11,406 bases of DNA, taken from the NCBI GenBank assembly GCA_043750125.1, contig JAYVCD010000447.1:1-11406 (forward strand), read 5' to 3'. Made by a program: the position numbers and the translations under genes. Numbering within the stretch: the first letter of the stretch is position 1; each line of letters begins with the position of its first letter. This stretch comes from Archangiaceae bacterium (GTDB taxonomy: Bacteria > Myxococcota > Myxococcia > Myxococcales > Myxococcaceae). Under the pieces are notes generated by a model that had not been told where the DNA came from, searched no databases, and saw only the letters and a program-made list of their open reading frames with translations. This document shows, piece by piece, positions 7,438-11,406 of the stretch.

Positions 7438-9063
7438 TCAGGCCGGAACGCTGACGAACTGGGTGCCTTTGATCTGCGGCGCCGCCGAGACGAACTTCAA
7501 TTCGGGGTGCTTCGATTCGGCGTGCTGCAGCGCCCACTCGTCCTGAAAGAGGACCAGGGGCAGACCATCGCGGTCCTGCACCGTCTGCCGGTTCCCTTCC
7601 CAGTCGAAGGTCTTGGGATCAAAGTTCGCGCCCACCACCCAGCGGGCGGTGGTGAACGGAAGGCGATCGATGACGATGTTTGCCCCGTACTCGTGCTCGA
7701 CCCGGTACTGGAGCACCTCGAACTGCAGCGCCCCCACCACCCCGACGATCGGGTCCTTCATTCCCATGTGCATCTGGTGGAAGACCTGAATCGTCCCCTC
7801 TTCCGACAGCTGCTCGATGCCCTTTTCCATCTGCTTGCGCCGCAGTGGATCTTTCGAACGGACGATCGCGAAGTGCTCGGGTGAGAAGCGCGGCACGCCC
7901 TCGAACTCGAAGCTGCCGCCTTCCACCAGGCTGTCGCCGATGCGGTATTGCCCCGGGTCGAACAGGCCGATTACGTCTCCGGGCCAGGCGTCTTCAATCG
8001 CGGTGCGCTCGGCCGCCATGAACTGGCTGGGCTTGGCCAGCCGCACGTTCTTGTGCAGCCGCGAGTGGAACGCCGACATTCCCTTGTCGTACTTGCCCGA
8101 CACGACGCGAAGAAACGCGATCCGGTCGCGATGCGAAGGATCCATGTTCGCCTGAATCTTGAACACGAAGCCCGAGAACTTCGGATTCGTCGGCTCGATG
8201 AAGCCCTTGTCCGACATTCGCCCGGTGGGAGGAGGAGTCAGCTCGAGGAACGCGTCGAGGAAAGGCCGCACTCCGAAGTTGGTCATCGCCGACCCGAAGA
8301 ACATCGGCGACAGCTCGGCGGCGTGGACTTTCTCGCGCGAGAACTCGTCGCCTCCGATGTCGAGCAGCTCGATGTCTTCGTTCAGCTTCTCGAGCTCGCT
8401 CTGGCTGAGGATGTTGGAAATCTCGGGGCTCGACAGCGGCACCTCGCGCTCGGTCACCTCGGACTCGCCGTGGTTTCCTTCCGACGAAAAAACGATCACG
8501 CTCTTCGCGCGACGGTCGTAGACGCCGCGGAACTCGGGGCCCGAGCCGATCGGCCAGTTCATCGGGTACGCGCGCAACCCGAGCACCTTCTCGAGCTCGT
8601 CCATCAAGTCCAACGGCAGGCGACCGTAGCGATCGAGCTTGTTGCAGAAGGTGAAGATCGGAATGTTGCGCATCCGACAGACCTTGAAGAGCTTGATCGT
8701 CTGCGGCTCGACGCCCTTGGCCGCGTCGATCAACATCACCGCCGCATCGGCCGCGGCGATCGTGCGGTAGGTGTCTTCGCTGAAGTCCTGGTGGCCCGGA
8801 GTGTCGAGCAGGTTGACCGCGTGGCCCCGGTACGGAAACTGGAGCACCGAGCTGGTGACGCTGATCCCACGCTCTTTTTCCAGCTCCATCCAGTCGCTGG
8901 TGGCGTGCCGCTTCGCGCGCCGGGCTTTGACGCTGCCGGCGAGATGAATCGCGCCGCCGTACAGCAGCAGCTTCTCGGTCAAGGTGGTCTTGCCCGCGTC
9001 GGGGTGGCTGATGATGGCGAAGGTGCGCCGGCGGGCGACCTCCCTTTCGAGCTCGGAAGACAT
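7438..9063 (-). CDS. prfC: Peptide chain release factor 3
   Basis: Motifs RRRTFAIISHPDAGKTTLTEKLLLYGGAI, SDWMELEKERGISVTSS, DTPGHQDFSEDTYR, NKLDR and FVFKIQANMDPSHRDR. Likely start is MSSELE at 9063. Confidence 0.98.
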   Translation of the reverse strand: MSSELEREVARRRTFAIISHPDAGKTTLTEKLLLYGGAIHLAGSVKARRAKRHATSDWMELEKERGISVTSSVLQFPYRGHAVNLLDTPGHQDFSEDTYRTIAAADAAVMLIDAAKGVEPQTIKLFKVCRMRNIPIFTFCNKLDRYGRLPLDLMDELEKVLGLRAYPMNWPIGSGPEFRGVYDRRAKSVIVFSSEGNHGESEVTEREVPLSSPEISNILSQSELEKLNEDIELLDIGGDEFSREKVHAAELSPMFFGSAMTNFGVRPFLDAFLELTPPPTGRMSDKGFIEPTNPKFSGFVFKIQANMDPSHRDRIAFLRVVSGKYDKGMSAFHSRLHKNVRLAKPSQFMAAERTAIEDAWPGDVIGLFDPGQYRIGDSLVEGGSFEFEGVPRFSPEHFAIVRSKDPLRRKQMEKGIEQLSEEGTIQVFHQMHMGMKDPIVGVVGALQFEVLQYRVEHEYGANIVIDRLPFTTARWVVGANFDPKTFDWEGNRQTVQDRDGLPLVLFQDEWALQHAESKHPELKFVSAAPQIKGTQFVSVPA

Positions 9064-9155
9064 GCGCGCGTGCGGATAGCACACGCGGGCTCAAACCGTG
9101 TCTCCACAACCACGCCGCGGGGACCTGCGGTCAACGGTGACGGACACTTGAGCCA

Positions 9156-9171
9156 TGGCACGCCGGACGCT
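9156..9171 (+). promoter_or_regulatory. Candidate sigma54 (-24/-12) promoter
   Basis: TGGCACG-CCGG-ACGCT has a perfect -24 box and GG/GC at canonical spacing, with AC replacing the consensus TT. It ends 53 nt upstream of ATG 9225. Confidence 0.5.
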
Positions 9172-9224
9172 TTGGAAGGTGCGCGGGAAGCTTTAGTCCC
9201 CCCTCGAACCTCAAAAGGTCCCCC

Positions 9225-10121
9225 ATGAAAAAGCGTCTCGTGTCCTGCTGCATCGCCGCCCTCGCCTTCGCCGCCTGCGAGGACGCCGTCCCTCCCACTC
9301 CGCGCCCGATGCCGCTGGTCAAGCGCGTCGTCTCGGCCCCGATCGAAGCGGTCCAGCCAGTGGCAATCGTCGAGCCGGTCGACATCCTTTCGCTCAAGCA
9401 TCAGCAGCCCGGGGTCGACCACCTGGCCCGCGCAAAACAACTGGCGGACGAGGGAGATCGCCCCGGAGCGCTCACCGAAGCCAGGCGGGCGATCTTCACC
9501 CTGCCCACCGACGAAGAGGCGCTGAAGTTCATCGGAGCGCTGACCCCGAAGATGGGCAAGAGCGATCTGGCGGCCGAGGCCTACGGCCGAATCGCGCAGC
9601 TGCACCCCGACGACGCGGTGCCGCTGGTGCAGCAGGCGCGCGCGCTGGTGAAGGCCCGGGCGTACGACCAGGCGGCGAGGGTCGGGAAGGAAGCGACCCA
9701 GCGCGACAACGGAAACCCGGAAGCGTTTCAGGCCGCGGGCCTCGGCTACCTGGGCCAGGGCGAGTTGCAGAACGCGATCTCGATGTTCAGCAAGGTCATC
9801 GAGCTGAAGCCGGATCACGGCTGGGCGCTCAACAACCTGGGTCTTGCTTACCTGCGTGCAAACGAGAACGAGAAGGCGGTCGAGGTGTTGACCCGGTCGG
9901 CCGAGGTGCTGCCCAACGTCGCCTACGTGCACAACAACCTGGGCGTCGCGCTCGAGCGGGTCGGCCGAAAAGACGAAGCGAAGCAGGCGTACCTCACGTC
10001 CACCACGCTTTCGCCCCGGTACGTAAAAGCGCGAATCAATGCCGATCGGGTCGCCCGGGTCGGGACGCTGGAAGAGATCGAATTCGACCCCGAAGCGCCA
10101 GACACGGCGACCGAGAATTGA
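9225..10121 (+). CDS. Tetratricopeptide-repeat lipoprotein
   Basis: Signal peptide MKKR, a hydrophobic stretch and lipobox FAAC (Cys18), then a Pro/Val-rich linker. Several TPR units follow (LKPDHGWALNNLGLAYL, VLPNVAYVHNNLGVALERVG). Confidence 0.9.
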   Translation: MKKRLVSCCIAALAFAACEDAVPPTPRPMPLVKRVVSAPIEAVQPVAIVEPVDILSLKHQQPGVDHLARAKQLADEGDRPGALTEARRAIFTLPTDEEALKFIGALTPKMGKSDLAAEAYGRIAQLHPDDAVPLVQQARALVKARAYDQAARVGKEATQRDNGNPEAFQAAGLGYLGQGELQNAISMFSKVIELKPDHGWALNNLGLAYLRANENEKAVEVLTRSAEVLPNVAYVHNNLGVALERVGRKDEAKQAYLTSTTLSPRYVKARINADRVARVGTLEEIEFDPEAPDTATEN

Positions 10122-10246
10122 TAAGGCCTTGCGTGGGTGGCAACACCCGCATCGGCTCGGGCCCAAAGGCAGAGCGTCGCGTATGGCCTGTGAAGCCCGC
10201 CACGTTCCCCTTCGCGTTCGACCCGGTGCTCCCCTTCGGGGTCGAA
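10083..10246. repeat. Perfect 13-bp inverted repeat pair with internal hairpins
   Basis: TTCGACCCCGAAG (10083-10095) is the exact reverse complement of CTTCGGGGTCGAA (10234-10246). Confidence 0.5.
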
Positions 10247-10343
10247 GGGAAACGCCCCCCATTGAAGCGAGGCCTGCCGAACGCCGGCCCTGCTTTTCGA
10301 ATCGGTCCTGACGTCTGTCATTCCCCCCTAGAGTGAGCGGCCG

Positions 10344-11406
10344 ATGAAGCGAGTTTGGAAGTGGCTGCGCCGACTGTTGATCGCCTCTGCGGTGTCGATC
10401 GTGCTCGCGGTCAGCATCGGGGCGGGCGCCTGGTGGTACTTCTCGCGCGACCTGCCGTCGGTCGAAGAGCTGCGCACCTGGCGCCCGCCGCAGGTGAGCA
10501 AGGTCTACTGCCCGGGGCAAGACACCGTGCCTTGTGCCGAGTTCTTTCGCGAGCGCCGAACCTGGGTGGACATCACCACCGTTCCTCCCCATGTGAAAAA
10601 CGCATTCCTCGCGGCGGAAGACGCGGACTTCTACAAACACGATGGCCTCGATTTTTTCGGGATCGTGCGCGCGGGGCTGAAGGCGCTTCGACCCGGCAAG
10701 CGCGCGGGCGGGGCCTCGACCATCTCGCAGCAGGCCTGCCGCAATCTGTTGCTGAGCCAGGAACGGACCCTCGCTCGAAAGATGCGGGAATGGATCCTCA
10801 CTCCCCGAATGGAGAAAGCGCTCACCAAGGACCAGATCCTCAATCTCTACGTCAACACCATCTGGTTCGGGCAGCAGCGCTACGGAGTCGAGGAAGCCGC
10901 GCTGTTCTACTTCGGCAAACACACCCGCGACCTGAGCATCGGTGAAGCCGCCGTGCTCGCCGGCACGGTGCAACTGCCGCAGCGAATCAACCCGGTCACC
11001 AGCATCGTCAAGGCCAAGGTCCGCCAGCGTTACGTGCTGGGGCAGATGGGAGATCACGGCTTCATTCCGAAGGTGGCCGTCGCAGCCGAGCTGGAAAAAC
11101 CCATCGTCCTCGGGCCCCGGCCGCCGCCTGCAGTGGGCGCGTACTACGCGGAAGAAATCCGCCAGCAGCTGGTCGGACGCTACGGGGACAAGACGGTGCT
11201 CGAGGGGGGCTTGAGGGTCGACATCGCGATGAACCCCCGGCTTCAAGCCGCGGCCGAAGTGTCCGTGCGCAGCGGCTTGGAAGCGGTGGACAAACGACAG
11301 GGCTACCGCGGCGCGGTGGGGGCGATGGACGGGGCCCGGTTTGCCCGACTGCGCCCGCTGATTCAGGTGCGGCTGAACGAAGCGGGGCGCCGCAAACCCG
11401 ACGAGG
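10344..11406 (+). CDS. mrcA: Class A penicillin-binding protein (PBP1A family), N-terminal part; runs off the window
   Basis: Manual translation from ATG 10344 gives MKRVWKWLRR, a TM helix, SRDLPSVEEL, and transglycosylase motifs AFLAAEDADFYKHDG, GASTISQQ, RKMREW, KDQILNLYVN, YGVEEAA and EAAVLAG, then DKRQGYRG. There is no stop in the window, so it is absent from the ORF track. Confidence 0.95.
   Translation, partial: MKRVWKWLRRLLIASAVSIVLAVSIGAGAWWYFSRDLPSVEELRTWRPPQVSKVYCPGQDTVPCAEFFRERRTWVDITTVPPHVKNAFLAAEDADFYKHDGLDFFGIVRAGLKALRPGKRAGGASTISQQACRNLLLSQERTLARKMREWILTPRMEKALTKDQILNLYVNTIWFGQQRYGVEEAALFYFGKHTRDLSIGEAAVLAGTVQLPQRINPVTSIVKAKVRQRYVLGQMGDHGFIPKVAVAAELEKPIVLGPRPPPAVGAYYAEEIRQQLVGRYGDKTVLEGGLRVDIAMNPRLQAAAEVSVRSGLEAVDKRQGYRGAVGAMDGARFARLRPLIQVRLNEAGRRKPDE

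Noticed and set aside
7419..7443. GCCTGA...TCAGGC inverted repeat between convergent genes as a terminator
   Set aside because: The 6-bp stem is simply the two facing GCC-TGA gene ends, and there is no U-tract.
9923..10321. 132-aa minus-strand ORF spanning the intergenic region
   Set aside because: It overlaps the TPR gene by about 200 nt antisense, the G-run is too close to the ATG to act as an RBS, and it has no protein-like features.
10122..10343. 6S RNA or a known riboswitch upstream of PBP1A
   Set aside because: I could not identify an end-to-end rod with a central bubble or any known aptamer consensus by eye. An Rfam scan is needed to exclude this formally.
8979..11246. 755-aa minus-strand ORF and other long antisense ORFs (7948..9228, 7994..9109, 2121..3065, 4972..5949)
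   Set aside because: These are shadow frames of real genes, expected in high-GC DNA, and carry no motifs.

Overview
GC-rich bacterial chromosomal window whose gene content suggests Myxococcota/Deltaproteobacteria (inference). The left part is a translation cluster: the 3' end of serS, a coupled CobB-type sirtuin, all four tRNA-Ser isoacceptors (TGA, GCT, CGA, GGA), tRNA-Arg(ACG) directly in front of its editing enzyme tadA, and the small SRP RNA with a terminator. An orphan hypothetical gene follows. The middle is a tight divergent block: a PIG-B/Alg9-like GT-C glycosyltransferase and an M32 carboxypeptidase on the minus strand, and a hypothetical gene and a DUF697-like/SCP2 fusion on the plus strand. 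The right part holds prfC, a TPR lipoprotein with a candidate sigma54 promoter, a structured intergenic region, and the 5' part of a class A PBP (PBP1A) that the ORF track missed. I found no mobile element, CRISPR array or defence system. Most genes are housekeeping. The best leads are the PIG-B-like enzyme, the DUF697-SCP2 fusion and the TPR lipoprotein-PBP1A pair. All family assignments come from motif recognition by eye, not from database searches.
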